A DNA stretch of 64,000 nt from the human T2T-CHM13v2.0 reference genome, Homo sapiens. The stretch lies in the NCBI RefSeq assembly GCF_009914755.1, contig NC_060947.1. The stretch is one strand, 5' to 3'. Below are positions 1-13,590 of this stretch, one piece after another. Numbering within the stretch: position 1 is the stretch's first letter; every line of letters starts with the position of its first letter. The notes under the pieces were generated by a model. It made no database searches. It worked only from the letters and a program-made list of their open reading frames with translations, and was not told the DNA's origin. A program made the translations under genes and the position numbers.

Positions 1-1400
1 TCTGGGAAGGCAGAAGGCTGCATGCAAGTTCGAGGCTGTGTGCATGCTCAGAAAAAACCTGAGAAGGCCTTAAGCTCACCTCTCTGGTCAACCTCGAGGC
101 TCTGCACAAACCAGAAGTAAAGACCAAGGTAGTATTGTAGACTGCCTGTCTGAATGTTGAAGACATGCATCAGCATGCACAGAGAACGCCTCTGCAAACA
201 GTGGGAGAATTTTTGGTTCCAGGCATTTAAGGAAATCTCTGTTCAATTGTTGGCTAATCACCAGGCTGACCAAACAGAGTCCTCAGTGACCAAACATAAG
301 AAAGAGTATAGACTTTACAGAATTATATCAGTAAATTATATCAGTAAAGTTGTTAGAAAAACAACAACAAGCAGTAACATCAACAAGCTCTGGGGATGAG
401 GGAATATCTGATTTCCAGAGTTGCCATATTATGATGTTCAAAATACCCAGCTTTCAACAAAAATTTATGAGGCAAGCAAAGAAACAAGAAAATATGGCCC
501 ATACAGAGCAGAAAAAAATGACAATCAACAGAAACTGTCCCCGAGGAACACCAGATGTTGGACTTTGTAGATGAAAACTTTAAAATAGGTATTTGAACAT
601 TTTAAATACATCCAAAGAGCTAATGGAAACCATGTCTAAAAAGTGAAAGTAGGAGAACAATGTATCACCATATAAAGAATAAGAATATAAAGACAGAAAT
701 TACAGGCACACCTCATTTTATTGCACTTCACTTTATTGTGCTTTGCAGATACAGCATTTTTTACAAATGAAAGGTTTTTGGCAACCCTGCATTGAGCAAG
801 TCTATTGGCACCATTTTTCCAACAGCATGTACTCACTTTGTGTCTCTCTGCCAGCATTTTTAGAGCAATAAAGTATTTTTAAATTAAGTTATGTGCATTT
901 TTTAGACATAATGCTATTGCACACAATGGACTACAGTATAGTGTAAACATAACTTTTATATGCACCAGGAAACCAAAAATTCATGTGACTTGCTTTATCA
1001 TGACATTTGCTTTATTATGATGATCTAGAACTAAACCTGCAATATCTCTGAGGTATGCTTTTATAAAAAAGAACCAAACAAAAATTCTGGAGTTGAAAAG
1101 TAAAATAACTGAAATGAAAAATTCAATAATGGGGCTCAACAGAAGATTCGAGCTGGCAGAAGAAAAAATGAGAAAACTTGAAGACAGGTCAGTTGTGATT
1201 ATTCAGTCTGAGGAACAGAAAGAAAAAGAATGAATAAGAATGAACAGAGTCTCAGTGACCTGTGTACTAACATACACATAATGGGAGTCCAAAAGGAGAG
1301 GAGAGAAAGAAAGGGGAAGAAAGAATATTTGAAGAAATAATGAAAAACATAAATCTACACATCCAAGAAGCTCCACGAACTCCAAGTAGGATCAACTCAG
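1..1400 (+). mobile_element. Old L1M-type LINE-1 fragment (5'UTR end plus ORF1 start), interrupted by Tigger1
   Basis: A-rich ORF1-like sequence (gaaacaagaaaatatggccc; aaattctggagttgaaaagt; aacatacacataatgggagtcc; atccaagaagctc), many stops. Confidence 0.85.
703..1061 (+). mobile_element. Internally deleted Tigger1 (TcMar) DNA transposon
   Basis: Starts TA|CAGGCACACCTCATTTTATTGCACTTC and ends GCAATATCTCTGAGGTATGCTTT|TA, matching Tigger1 terminal inverted repeats with TA TSDs. Confidence 0.85.
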
Positions 1401-2832
1401 TAAACTGGGAATAGAGATAGTTTTACTTCTTTCTTTCAAACCTGGATATCTCTTTTTGTTTGTTTCTTGCTTGATTCCACTAGCTAGGACTTCCATTACG
1501 ATGTTAGATGGAACTGATTAGAGTGAACATCCTTGCCTTATTCCTAGTCTTAGAAAGAAAACATTCAGTCTTTCACCATTAAGTATGATTTTATCTACAG
1601 ATTTTTCATAGATGATAGTCTGTTGAGAGTTTTTATAATGAATGGATATTAGATATTGTCAAATACTTTTTCTGAATTTGTTGAGATAATCATGTGTTTT
1701 TTGTCCTTCATCTTATTTATGTAATATATTACATTAATTTTCAGATGTTAAATTATCCTTGCATTCCTGGGATTAAAAGAATCTCTTGTTATGATGTTTA
1801 ATATTTTTCACAGGTTTCTGGTATTTTAGCTTACTTAAATTTTATTAAAATTTTTGCATCTATATTCATGAAGTATATTTGTCTGTTGTGCTCCTTTCAT
1901 GTCATGTTTTTATCTGGCATTGGTATCAGGGTAATATTGGTCTCAGAAAATTAATTGGGAAGAGTTTCCTCCTCCCCTATTTTCTGGAAGAATTTATGAA
2001 AGATTGATTTAACTTCTATAAATGTTTGATTGAATTCACCAGTAAAGCCATCTTAGCCTAGGCTTTTCTTTGTGGGAAGATTTAAAATTACTAATTCAAT
2101 TTCTCGTTATAGGTCTAGTCATGTTTTTTATTTCTTCTTGCATTAGTTCAGGTGATGTGTATCTTTCTAGGAATATGCCCATTTCATTTAAAGTGTTGAA
2201 TTTTCTGCTATATGGTTGTTCATAGTATTCTCATTTAATCCTTTTAATTTCTATAAGGTCAATAGTGATGTCTCCTCTTTCATGTTTGAATTTGGTGATT
2301 TATGTCTTCTCCTTTTTTTCTTGATCAGTTTATCTAAATTTTTGTCAATTTTGTTGATTGTTGCAAAGAACCAATTTTTGGTATCATTGACTCTGTCTAT
2401 TGTTTTTCTGTTGTCTATTTCATTGATTTTCACTGTGATCTTTATTATTTCTTCTTTTTGCTTGCTTTGTGTTTAGGTTTCTTTTCTTTTTTTACTTATT
2501 AAGGTAAAAGTTTAGGCAATTCGTTGGAGATCTTTCTTTTTTTAAATATAAGCATTTGAAGATATAAAGGTTTTTCTAAACACTGTTTTCTCTCTATGTC
2601 ATAAAGTTTGATATATTGTGATTCTGTTTTCCTTCAGTTCCTTTCTAATTTCCCTTGCATTTTTTTCTATAACCCATTGGTTATTTAGAAGTATGTTGTT
2701 TAATTTCCAAGTATTTATTGACTTCACAAATTTCCTTTTATTGATTTATAATTTGATTCCAATGTGGTTGGAGGACATATTTTGTATTGTTTTAATCATT
2801 TTATGCTTATTAAGTGTTATTTTGTGGCCAAG

Positions 2833-3248
2833 TGCCTTAATCCATTCTCTGCTGTGACAACAGAATACCTGAGACTGGATAATTTATAAAGAAATGAGGT
2901 TTATTTGACTCATAGTTCTGGAGGCTGGGAAGTTCAAGATTGGGTGGCTGCATCTGGTTGGCTTCCAGTGAGGGCTGTGTGCTTCATCATAACATGGTGG
3001 AGAAGCAGAAGGGGAAGCAGCATGTGCAAAGAAACCAAACACGAGAGGCAGCCTTACTTTATAATAACCTACTGTCATGGTAACTAATACAGTCCCATGA
3101 GAGTGAGAACTCACTCCCATGAGAAAGGCATTAACCCCTCTTAGTGACCTACTCATTTCTTAAAGGTGCCAACTCCCAACATCACCACACTGAGGACCAA
3201 GCCTCAACATGAGTTTTGGTGGGGACAAACAATATTCAAACCATGGCA
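2833..3248 (-). mobile_element. MaLR solo LTR (MSTC/MSTD-like)
   Basis: aatacctgagactggataatttataaaga...ctcatagttctggaggctgggaag...ttttggtggggacaaac...aaaccatggca. Confidence 0.85.
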
Positions 3249-3834
3249 CCTGGCATATGGTCTATCCTCAAGAATATTCCTTGTGCACTTCAAAAGAATG
3301 TATATTTTGCTATCGTTGGGTGGGGTGTGCTATAGATATCAGTTAGGTCCAGTTGGTTAATAATGTTGTTCAATTCTTCCATGTCTCTGCTGATTTTATG
3401 TCTAGTTGTTTTATCCATTCTATAGAGTGGACTATAGAAGTCTTCAACTGTTACTGTGAAATTTTTAATTTCTTACTTCAATTCTGTAAGTTTCTGCTTC
3501 ATGTATTTTGGAGCTCTGTTGTCAGGCATGTGTATATTTTGTAATTGTTATATCTTCCTGATTAACTAACGCTTTATGATTATAAAATGTTCTTCTTTGT
3601 CTGTAGCAATATTTTTTATCTTAATTCTGTCTGTTACTAGTACAGTGACTTTATTTCTCTCATAGTTGCTATTTGCATAATATAATTTTTGTATTTTTAC
3701 TTTCAACTTTTACTATTTGTGTCTTTGAATCTAGGTGTGTCTCTTGTAGACAGCATATAGTTGGGTTTTGTTTTATATCCAGTATAACTGTGTCTGCCTT
3801 TTAATTTGAATGTTTAATCCTTTTACATTTTTAA

Positions 3835-4343
3835 TTAAAATTTTTATTGAGATAAGTGTATATTCATGTATAGTACTAAGAAATGACCCAGAACAGTCCC
3901 TGGTACATTCTGCCTAGTCTTCTCCAACAACAGTAACATTTTGCAAAACTATAGTATAATATTACAATTTAGATATTGGTGGTGGTATAATCCATAGCTC
4001 TTATTTCTATTTCCCCAGCTTCATTTGTAATCATGTGTGTGTGTGTGTGTGTGTGTCTGTGGGTGAGGGGGTTTATTAAGTTCTATGTAATGTTATCACC
4101 TGTGTAGGACAGTGTATCCACCACCACAGTCAAGGTACTGAACAGTTCCAACACCACAAGTATCCCTCATGTTTCCCTTTCATAATTATACCCATATCCC
4201 TGCCACCCCCACCCCTGCCACATCCCTAATCCGTGGAAACCACTAATCTGACCTCTACTTCTAAAATTTTGTCATTTCAAAAATGTTATATAAATAGGAC
4301 TATGCATTATGTAACCCTTTGGGATTAGCCATTTTTTAAACTC
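3835..4343 (-). mobile_element. L1MC1/2-like 3' end, 3' partner of U6/L1 chimera 1
   Basis: tttttattgagataa...gtaacattttgcaaaactatagta...ccaccaccacagtcaag...aaccactaatctg...tcatttcaaaaatgttatataaat; ends abruptly at the U6 copy. Confidence 0.8.
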
Positions 4344-4451
4344 AAAAGTATGTGGAACACTTCGTGAATTTGCATGTCATTCTTGCACGAAGCCATGCTA
4401 ATCTTTTTTGTATCATTGATATTTTAGTGTATGTGCTGCTGAAGTGAGCAC
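4344..4451 (-). pseudogene. Diverged full-length U6 snRNA retrocopy
   Basis: Minus strand reads GTGCTCACTTCAGCAGCACATACACTAAAAT...GATACAAAAAAGATTAGCATGG...GTTCCAC, colinear with U6 (roughly 80% identity by eye). Confidence 0.9.
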
Positions 4452-4794
4452 AATCATTTGATTTTTAATGTAGTTATTGATATATTTGTATTTAATCTCA
4501 TATTTTCAATTTGTTTTATATTTGTCTCATGCCCTTTTGTTCCTCTATTCCTTCTTTCCTGCTGTTTTTGTCCTAAATACTTTTTCTTAGTGTGCTATTT
4601 AAATTCCTTTTTCAATTGTTTTTAATTATATTTTTGGGAATAATTTTATTAGTGGTTCTTCTGGGGGAATTACAGTATGTTTCTAAACTAAAAACAATGT
4701 ATTTCAGGTAATACTAACTTAATTCCAGTGACATACAGAAATTTTGCTTCAATATAGTTCTATCCCTCCTCCTTTGTGATATTATTATTTATAA

Positions 4795-5170
<376 letters not shown>

Positions 5171-6059
5171 AATTGTCTTCTAAATAAATTAAGAGAAGAG
5201 AGAAACTATCTTTCTAAAGTTTCTTATATTTAAATACATAGTTACTTTTACTCATGCTCTGTATTTTTTTTGTGTGAATTTGAATTACTGTCTAGTGTTA
5301 TTTTCTTTCACCCTGAGGAATTTCCTTTAGTATTCTTTGTAAGAGAGGTAATGTTTATCTGGAAATGTCTTTGTTTTGTCTTCAGTTTTGAAATATAGTT
5401 TTGCTAGATATGGGATTCTTGGTTGACAGCTTTTTTTCTTTCAATACTTTGAATATGTCATCCCACTGCATTCTGAGACTTCATTATTTCTGAAGAGAAA
5501 TCAGCTACTAATCTATCAAGCTCTCCTTTCCACTTGTCTATGATGAATTGCTTTTCTCTTCCTACTTTCAAGATTTTCTCTGTCTTTGCCTTTCAACATC
5601 TTGGCTATGATGTGTCTCTGTAAATGTCTTTTAGTTCATCTTACTTGGAATTAATTATGCTTCTTGGGTGTGTAGATTAATGTTTTTAATCCATTTGGGG
5701 AAGTTTGGGCCATTATGTCTTCATTTTTTTTTTTTTTTGCCTCTTTCTCTTTTCTTCTTTTTGAACTCCCAGTACACATATGTTGGAATACTTAATGGTA
5801 TCTCACAGGTCTCTCAGGCTCTGCTAATATTTCTTCATTAGTTTTACTTTCAGTTCTTCAGATTGGACAATTTCTAGTGATTTATCTTCAAATTTGCTGA
5901 TTCTTTCTTTTGCCACTCAAATCTCTTGTTGAGTCCCTTTGTGTATTTTTTATTTCTGTTATCATTCTTCTTAACTCTAGAATTTAAAAATGGTCATTTA
6001 AAAATAATTTCTTTTTGATATTCTGTATTTGATGAGTCACTGTTATATTTTCTGTTTTG

Positions 6060-6200
6060 TCTTTTACATTTCTATTGCTATAAATAGTTGTACATATTTA
6101 CGGGGTACCTATGATATTTTGATACAAGCATACAATGTGTAATGGTCAAATCAGGGTAATTGGGATATCTCTCACTTCAAACATTTTTATTTTTTCTTGG
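6060..6200 (-). mobile_element. Short L1MA-type 3' end fragment
   Basis: gtacatatttacggggtac...gatacaagcatacaatgtgtaatggtcaaatcagggtaattgggatatc. Confidence 0.7.
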
Positions 6201-9200
6201 GAATCATATTTTCTTTTGATTCTTTAAAGAGGGTTTCCTTTATGTTTTTGGAACATATTAATAACACCTACTTTGAAGTCTTCATCTGGTAAGTCCGTCA
6301 CCTAGGGTCTTTCAGAGTTTCTATTGCCTGCTGTTTTTGTTCTTGTGTATGAGTCACACTGTCCTGTTTTTGTTTTTATTTTTTGCATGTCTCATAACTT
6401 TTTGTTTAAAGCTGGACAGTTTTGATAATATATTGTAGCAACCCTGGACTCTGATTCCTCTCTCCCCTGGTTTGGTTGTTGCTATTTTTGTTATTTATTT
6501 ATTTTGTTATTTATTTGTTATTTGCTATTATTGTTATTTATTTACCGAAATAACTATATACTGTCTGTCTCTCCAGCAGTGTGCAGTCACTGATGCCTCC
6601 ACTCAATTAAAAAAAAAATCTTGATCTTATTTTTAAGCCTGTTTTTTTTGGAGCTACGTCTGGATCAGCATAGCATAGTGGTCAGCCAAAGATTTAAACT
6701 CCTTGAGCCAATAAGGCTTTTACCATATGCTGATGGGTCTGTGTATGGTTTGGAAAATGGCATTCAAAGTTTAGGCAGTTCGCAAGTCTGTCAGTCTTTA
6801 CTTTCTGTGCTTTTAGGGTCTCACATTCATTCAGGGACAAGTAGCTCACTAAGACCCTCTTCAGTCTTTCCTGAGCATAAGCACAGCCATGTGGACACAT
6901 GCAGCCTTCCAGATATCTAGGGAGCTTACCGAGTCCCACTCTGGCTGCCTTGATCCCTGGATCTTGCTGATAAATTTCTTGCTCTTCTGCTGGTATGATG
7001 TTTGGCCCAGACAGTAAGGCAATTGAAGGCTAGCTATGATTTTGTTTTTTTCTGATTGTTTACCCCCAAGATTGCTATTGTTTTCAACCATGCCCCTGGG
7101 CATGGGTTTTTCTATCCTCCATTCCATATCACATTAGCCCATCCAGCCATGGAGCTGCTGGTCCTCAAGGCCTGCCCTGCCCTGGTAGAACTACAGTGGC
7201 ATGAAGCTGGGTGGAACAGCATGAAACAGTCTTGGACAAAAATACCAATCCCTCTCTATTCTTCCTGAGATTCAATCATTTTTCTTGACTAAATGCTCCT
7301 CATTTTTGTTTTGTTTTTGGTCAATTTCCAGATTCCTGAAATGGTTGTTTTTGACAATTTTATCCAGTTTTATTGTTGCTTTTTGGGGTGAGGATTTGGT
7401 GAGCTCTTTGCTCAGCTATTCTGGAAGTCCTGCCCTAGTAATGGCCTTCTGAGGCTGTGTTTGCCATACACAACACCCAAATGGAATGCTTCTTAGAACA
7501 TAGTGGTTCATATCCAGAGTAGTGTCTGCACGTTGTGGGCAGGGCAAGGTTGGAGCAAGTTCCAGTGATATGCCTCCATAATATCTCATCAACTTTCAAA
7601 AGGAGACTTACAAAGAGATTGAGCATCCTGTATTCAGAGAGAAGATGAGCAATCGATGCCCGAGAAGTTTGCCATTCCATGTGGCAGTAAATGTGAAGGC
7701 TGGTGTGAATGGGGGCTCTACACATCCAATTGAGGAATGGTCTTTAAGATGAGAAATCAAGAAGAAGCGGGGAACATTTTCCTTCCTGAAACATTAACTG
7801 TGGGAAATGAGAGGATGGAAAACCACCTGTGAGGGACATTTCCAGTTTAAAAAAAATTACTAAGGAATATGTTTCTCATCCTCTTTATATACTTGTATAT
7901 CTAGAAATACTTCTGTGTCTCTTTGTCCATTGTTCAACTCAGTGGTGTCTCTGGGCCAGGCTGTAAATATATCGATGAAGCTGGACATCCTTCATAGTTG
8001 GAAGGAATGATGGCTCTTGTAGTATTGTGAAAGGTCTATACGTCTGTGTGTGTTCAATAGGGAACCCCTTCCCATATAAAGCTTCTCAGAGTAACAGAGC
8101 TGCTATATGCAAATGAAGCTCTTTGATGTGTATTTTCAATTAATCACTGACTCTCGCACAGGATAAATGAAGTTATTTTCCCCGTTATCAGCTTTAATTC
8201 ATAGGTTATAATGCTAATGAAGGTTGACTTTTTTTTTGATGTTGCTTCTATTTTTATCATTGTCTTTTCCTTATTTTACTAATTACCTGTGCAATGACAT
8301 GGTATCTAAATTGATCTAAAGGCATCATTCTAAATTTTAAAAACCAACACTTAAAAAAAAGTAATCCCCACAAGTGTCTTATGCATGAGGGTGAGCGTTT
8401 AACTAATTACTATGCAGAAACCACATGTCAATTGCAGAACAATTGCCTGAAGGGAGCAGCAACTCACATAACCCCATTTTGGAGAAGTAGATCTGTTTTT
8501 ATTTTATCTTTCTCAGTTTTAGCTGGTGTTTTAAAGAGAGATGTGATTTTGCAGCTCTGGGGATCACTCGTCTATTTCAGGAAATTGTCAGAACCAAGAA
8601 CTGGAGGAATTCAGGAAGAGGGCTCTAGAGCTCTGTTCTAAAAAATGTTGTAGAAGCAGAGTCTTTGGATTTTAATGGCCAAGCTCTGTCCATTTTGTGA
8701 GCAAATGTCACAGTAAAAGACAGAAATACAGCTCAGAGAATAGCTTCAGAAGACAAATGGCAGGGGAGGTCCAGGTAGCTATAACTTAGTGCTTTAGTCA
8801 TCTTTAATGGAAATGGAGCCTCTAGCCAAGCCTAATATATAATGTATCATAAAACATATGTCTGTCAGTCTCCCAGGTACAATAAATAGGGAAAACACAG
8901 ACCTCAAAGGGAGGCTATGGCATGCCTTGCAGAGGGGCTCAAATTACTTGGCTTGTTGTGGGGGGTTGAAGGCTGTGGGGGAGGAATGATGTAATGTATA
9001 TTTTTAGTGTTTCTAAGAAATGACTGTCTCCAGCCCTGTTCCGGTGGGCTGTGGGAGAGGGAATGGAAAGGGAGGGGCTGGGTTTATAGATCTGCACGGG
9101 AAAATTGAATTGAGTGCCCGTTTTACAGGTGATTAAGCTCTTTCTTTTTTATTTGGAGTGTAGTATAGCAAGGAAGAGATAGGACACGTTCAACTGATGG

Positions 9201-10529
9201 CATTTTCCAGAATGCCCACCAACTTCTTTTCATTTCACTGTTGCTTTTTCCCCGGTGAAACAGCAGCCCAAAGCACCCTAGTAAGGACCAGCTGTCTGAT
9301 CCTGTGCTGAAGAGCTCTGGTTACTCTCTCTCAGTGGGGGCTCAGCCACCATCTGAATTTCCTGTGGTCCCAGTATGTTCTGCCTCTGAGCTGGACAATC
9401 CTTCTGGGTAGATTCTTATCTTTTTCCACTACTGAGCCTACTTCTTTGAGTACCCGTTCTTCATATGAGCTGCAAAATCTTGGGTGTAACCTCTATGACT
9501 CTCAGTTTTCTAATCTGTGTAATGGGAAGAATAAGCTATCTCTCTGGGACTCAAATACAGGTCTGCTTATTTCAACTCTAAAGCATGTTCTATGGCTCAC
9601 CATAGATCCCCATGCTCAAAATGTCATCTCTGCTGTGTTTTTCTAGACTATGTCCTGCCTTTCCTTAGAAAAGCCCACCGAAGTCCTCTCAAAATGGATT
9701 AAACCAGCTCCATTCATTCTGTTTATGCCAGGAATTCTCAATACTTCTTGATCTTTCTACTGTCCTACCTCTCCTGTGTCTCAGCACACAGGTAAGCATG
9801 TGCTCAAACATACGTACGTGCACACACACATGCACATACACACTCATGCTCATAACAGCCCCACACAGTATCAAGAGAGTGGCTCTTTGTGTGATGTGAT
9901 TGGAAGTTATATTGATATCAGATCTGATTCTTTGCCCTAAAATGTGAGGAAACCAGCCCTTTATTCAAATTTGAAAGCCTCATTCTTTTGATTCATGATG
10001 ATTTTTTCCATGCAAGTTCTGCTAGAAACGACTAAATTATTCCCTCATACTTTGCATGCATGGGCATAGGTGAGATCCTTGGAGAATAGGGGTGGGCTGC
10101 TCTCAGAGGAGTGGGTGGGTACCTAAGTCCAACCTGACTCACTTGCCAATGCCAGTGTTTCTCAGGATCAGCCCAGTCTACACAGCTACGTCTGGTTTGT
10201 TGATGTTATTGTCATTTATGAATATTTAAGTATGTTCACACTAGCCCAGTTTCTCAGTGATTTTAAAGCTCTCTTCAGAGCTTGAGCCCTCATTTTTTCC
10301 TTTGGCTATCTCTTCTAATACTGTTTATATGGAAATTTCTTTGGCAGAATGGCTTTAACTTTTTGACTGTGACCCAGTGTAAGAAATACATTTTACACAC
10401 AGCATGCATACAAATATATAGATGACTGAAACAAGGCTTTTCCAAAACTATACTAACCTTTCCTATATTCCAGGTCAAATGAATTTTGGCTTATTCTATT
10501 CTATTCCATTTAAAAATGATGTCCTTGAC

Positions 10530-11305
10530 TGCTGTGGCAAAATTATTTACCAAACCGATTTCCTCATCTGTGTATACAGCTAGACTACATTTTCTAGCAT
10601 CCCTTATGGTTCGATGTGGTCAAGGCACTGAGTTCTTGCTAATAAAATGTGATCAGGAGTGACCTGTGCCTCTTTCAGGTATGACTCATAATTCCATGTG
10701 GAATCCACCAAGCCTTTTTCCAATCCACTGGCTTGATACAGACAAACATTGTGGATATAGACAGAACGTTTGTGTCCCCCCAATTAATATGTTGAAATCC
10801 TAACCCACTATGTAATGGTATTAAGAGGTGGGGGCTTTTGGGAAGTGGTTAGGTCACAAGAGTGGAGCCCTTTTAAATGGGATTGGTGCACTTACAAAAG
10901 AGACCCCAGAGAAGTCTCTTCCCTCTTTTAGCTGTGTGAGGATACAATGAGACGTTGGCCATCTGCAACCTAGAAGAGGGCCCTCCCCAGAACCTGAGCA
11001 TGCTGACACCCTGATGTCTGACTTCCAGTCTCCAGAACTGTGAGAAATAAATGTATATTTTTATAAGCCACCTAGTGTATGGTAATTTGTTATAGTGGCC
11101 CCAATTAAGACATGTGGAAATCTTGGAAGCCACTTGTTAAGATGGCAGTGCCTCAAGATGAAGTGAGCCTTATCCCCAGCCCCTGAATCTCGGCCTAGAA
11201 TACACATTTTGAACTTTACGTGAGGCACTAATAAGCTTCTATTGTCTTGAATCACTATTCATTTGGGGGTTCTTTATTATACCAGCTAATATTATCCTAA
11301 CTAAT
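10530..11305 (+). mobile_element. Old MLT1 (I/J-like) LTR interrupted by an MLT1A0-like LTR (about 10750-11112)
   Basis: Outer: ctagactacattttctagcatccctt...gttaagatggcag; inner: tatgttgaaatcctaaccc...ccagaactgtgagaaataaat...ttgttatagtggccccaattaagaca. Confidence 0.75.
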
Positions 11306-11458
11306 TTACTGTCAATAGACTCATCAACTGACTATGTTTTTACAATTACACATATCATCCTTTCTATTTTTTGAGAGATAAAAATTCACATTATTTGCTG
11401 ATATTTGTAGAAATTGTGTAAGTATGCAAGAGTAATGATTATAATCACATATGAAGGT

Positions 11459-11590
11459 AGGGTGACCATATAATTTGTTATTCAAGTGGAACAATTTCCA
11501 GAGCGAAAGGGATTATTAATCATGGCTCCAGGACAATAGATGGAAAATGACATTGTCCTCAACAAACTGGAACATATGATCAACCATTAT
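11459..11590. mobile_element. MER94-like hAT-Blackjack fossil
   Basis: agggtgaccatataatttgt...aaactggaacatatgatcaaccat termini. Confidence 0.55.
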
Positions 11591-12699
11591 AAAGGGTACA
11601 GAGTGGGAGGAAGAATGGGGACTTTTTAAATTACATTTTTAAAAGTATTGGTCTATGGTGAATTGGAAACAAAAGCAGTTAATTCTTTACCATAGGTAGT
11701 TTAAAAGCTGCCTTAAAGACTGAAGAATGGCAAACCATAGATGTGAGACAAGGAACTTGGTGAAAATGCTGTCAGGGATGCACAAGAGACTCACTCCCTT
11801 GGAGTTGTCGGCCAATCCAAAGTCCAAGCATGGGAGCCAGAGCCTGCAAGAGAGGTCTGGACAGGCCTCAGACATGAGCAGTGGAGCTCCACATCACTCA
11901 ATCCTGAGGACAGAACTGGATCCTCCATCTTTTTTAGTTTAAAGTTTTCCAAATAGTGACTTTCCTTAGCACCTGACACCACTCTTTGATCCCTCTGAAT
12001 CCACCAGACCCACAAGCAGTACTTTGTTATTGAAGAAACCAAAGCACTGTACTAAACAGATTGGTGGAGTACAGTTGTCAGAATATGTCTATGACAAGTA
12101 TTTGGGACCACATCTGCAGGCCACTGATACTTAACCTAATCATCTTTTGCTCACAGCCCAGCATTTCTAAAAATAGCAACTGTGGGTTGTGATAGTGAGA
12201 GGTTAAACTTGATTAGTGTAGAGACTTCTTACTATAGAACTTTGAATGAAGCAAAATTCCATGCCTGGGATTTAGAACAAGTAAAGGGACTTCCTTAAGT
12301 ATGGTCAAAGTACACTCTGCCCTTCCCATTACTGATGCTTTCAGGGATTTTTAGGGTTTTGTGGTCCCTGATTATTGTTCTTAAACTCTGGATAAACTCA
12401 CAGTATAGAATTAGCCTGAACAGGAGACAGGCTTTCTGGCAAGTTACAAATACCTTCATTCCCGGAGGGGAAAATCAATAGAAGAACCCATGGGATTGCC
12501 ATTCTTCTCCTTTGTCCCTGTAGCCCTTCAGTCTTCCCCTCCCTGACTTCTTTCCTAGAGCTCAAATTGAAAAAGCCTGGCATTGCTAAAGTTCTTTTGC
12601 TGGGCTTCTTACACAGTGCTGACTTGAGATGAGTGGCTTATGTTTTTTATCTGTCACCTTCTTTCCCATCCTGCTAGGGGGGATACTAATAACACCTGC

Positions 12700-12945
12700 A
12701 CTCTGTAAGCCCTAAAACTCCCCAGGTGTTTCCAGTGTGCAGCCAGGGCTGAGAACCACCTTTGGACCCTGCAGGCAGATCCGTGCTTCTCAAGCTTTCT
12801 GCCCATATCAATCAGCAGGGGATCTTGTTAAAATACAGATTCTGTCTCACTAGATGTGGGATGGTCCCAAGATTCAGCACTTCTAACATGCTCCCAGGTG
12901 ATGTCTTTTGCTGCTGGTCCTCAGACCACATGTTGAGTAGCAAGG
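12700..12945. mobile_element. MER5-family hAT-Charlie fragments
   Basis: gcagccagggctgagaaccac; cttgttaaaatacagattct...ttctaacatgctcccaggtgatg. Confidence 0.7.
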
Positions 12946-13178
12946 AGGCAGGTGATCTGGTGAGATTGCTGTTCATTATCAGATGCTGCAGGCTCTCTTC
13001 TGGTAGAATTAGAGTCAGGGATCATTTTTTGTGCCTCTTATATTTATCGGGTTACATAGCTCTATTCCACAAGGTAGGCCCCATGAGGATTAGCATCCAT
13101 CTCCAGACAAGGTGGGATGCTTTTACCAGACTCTGATAGTCTGGGAAGCTTAATGTTTGGATAATCAGGTTACTTGGG

Positions 13179-13590
13179 GTCTTATTCCATTTGTGCTACT
13201 GTAACAAAATACCACAGACTGGGTAATTTAGAAACAATAGAAATGTATTTCTCACAGTTCTAGAAACTGGGAAGTCCAAGATCAAGGCACTGGCAGGATT
13301 GGTGTCTGGTGAGGGCTGCTCTCTGCTTTCAACATAGTGCCTTGTTTCTGCATCCTCTGGAGGAGATGAATGCTGTGTTCTCACATGGCAGAAGGGACAG
13401 AAGTGCAGGAGAGGGCTCTCTTCAACCTCAAGCCCTTTTATAAAGGTGCTAATCCCATTTGTGAGGGCTCTACCCTCATGACTTAATAATCTCCCAAAGG
13501 CCACATCTATACCTTTTAATATTGTTGCATTGGGGATTAAGTTTCAAAACATAAGGAGGGGATATCATCATCACTCAAACTACAGAACCT
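13179..13590 (-). mobile_element. MaLR solo LTR (MLT1A/MSTD-like)
   Basis: gtaacaaaataccacagactgggtaattt...gggaagtccaagatcaaggc...ccctcatgacttaat...ttggggattaagtttcaa. Confidence 0.85.
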
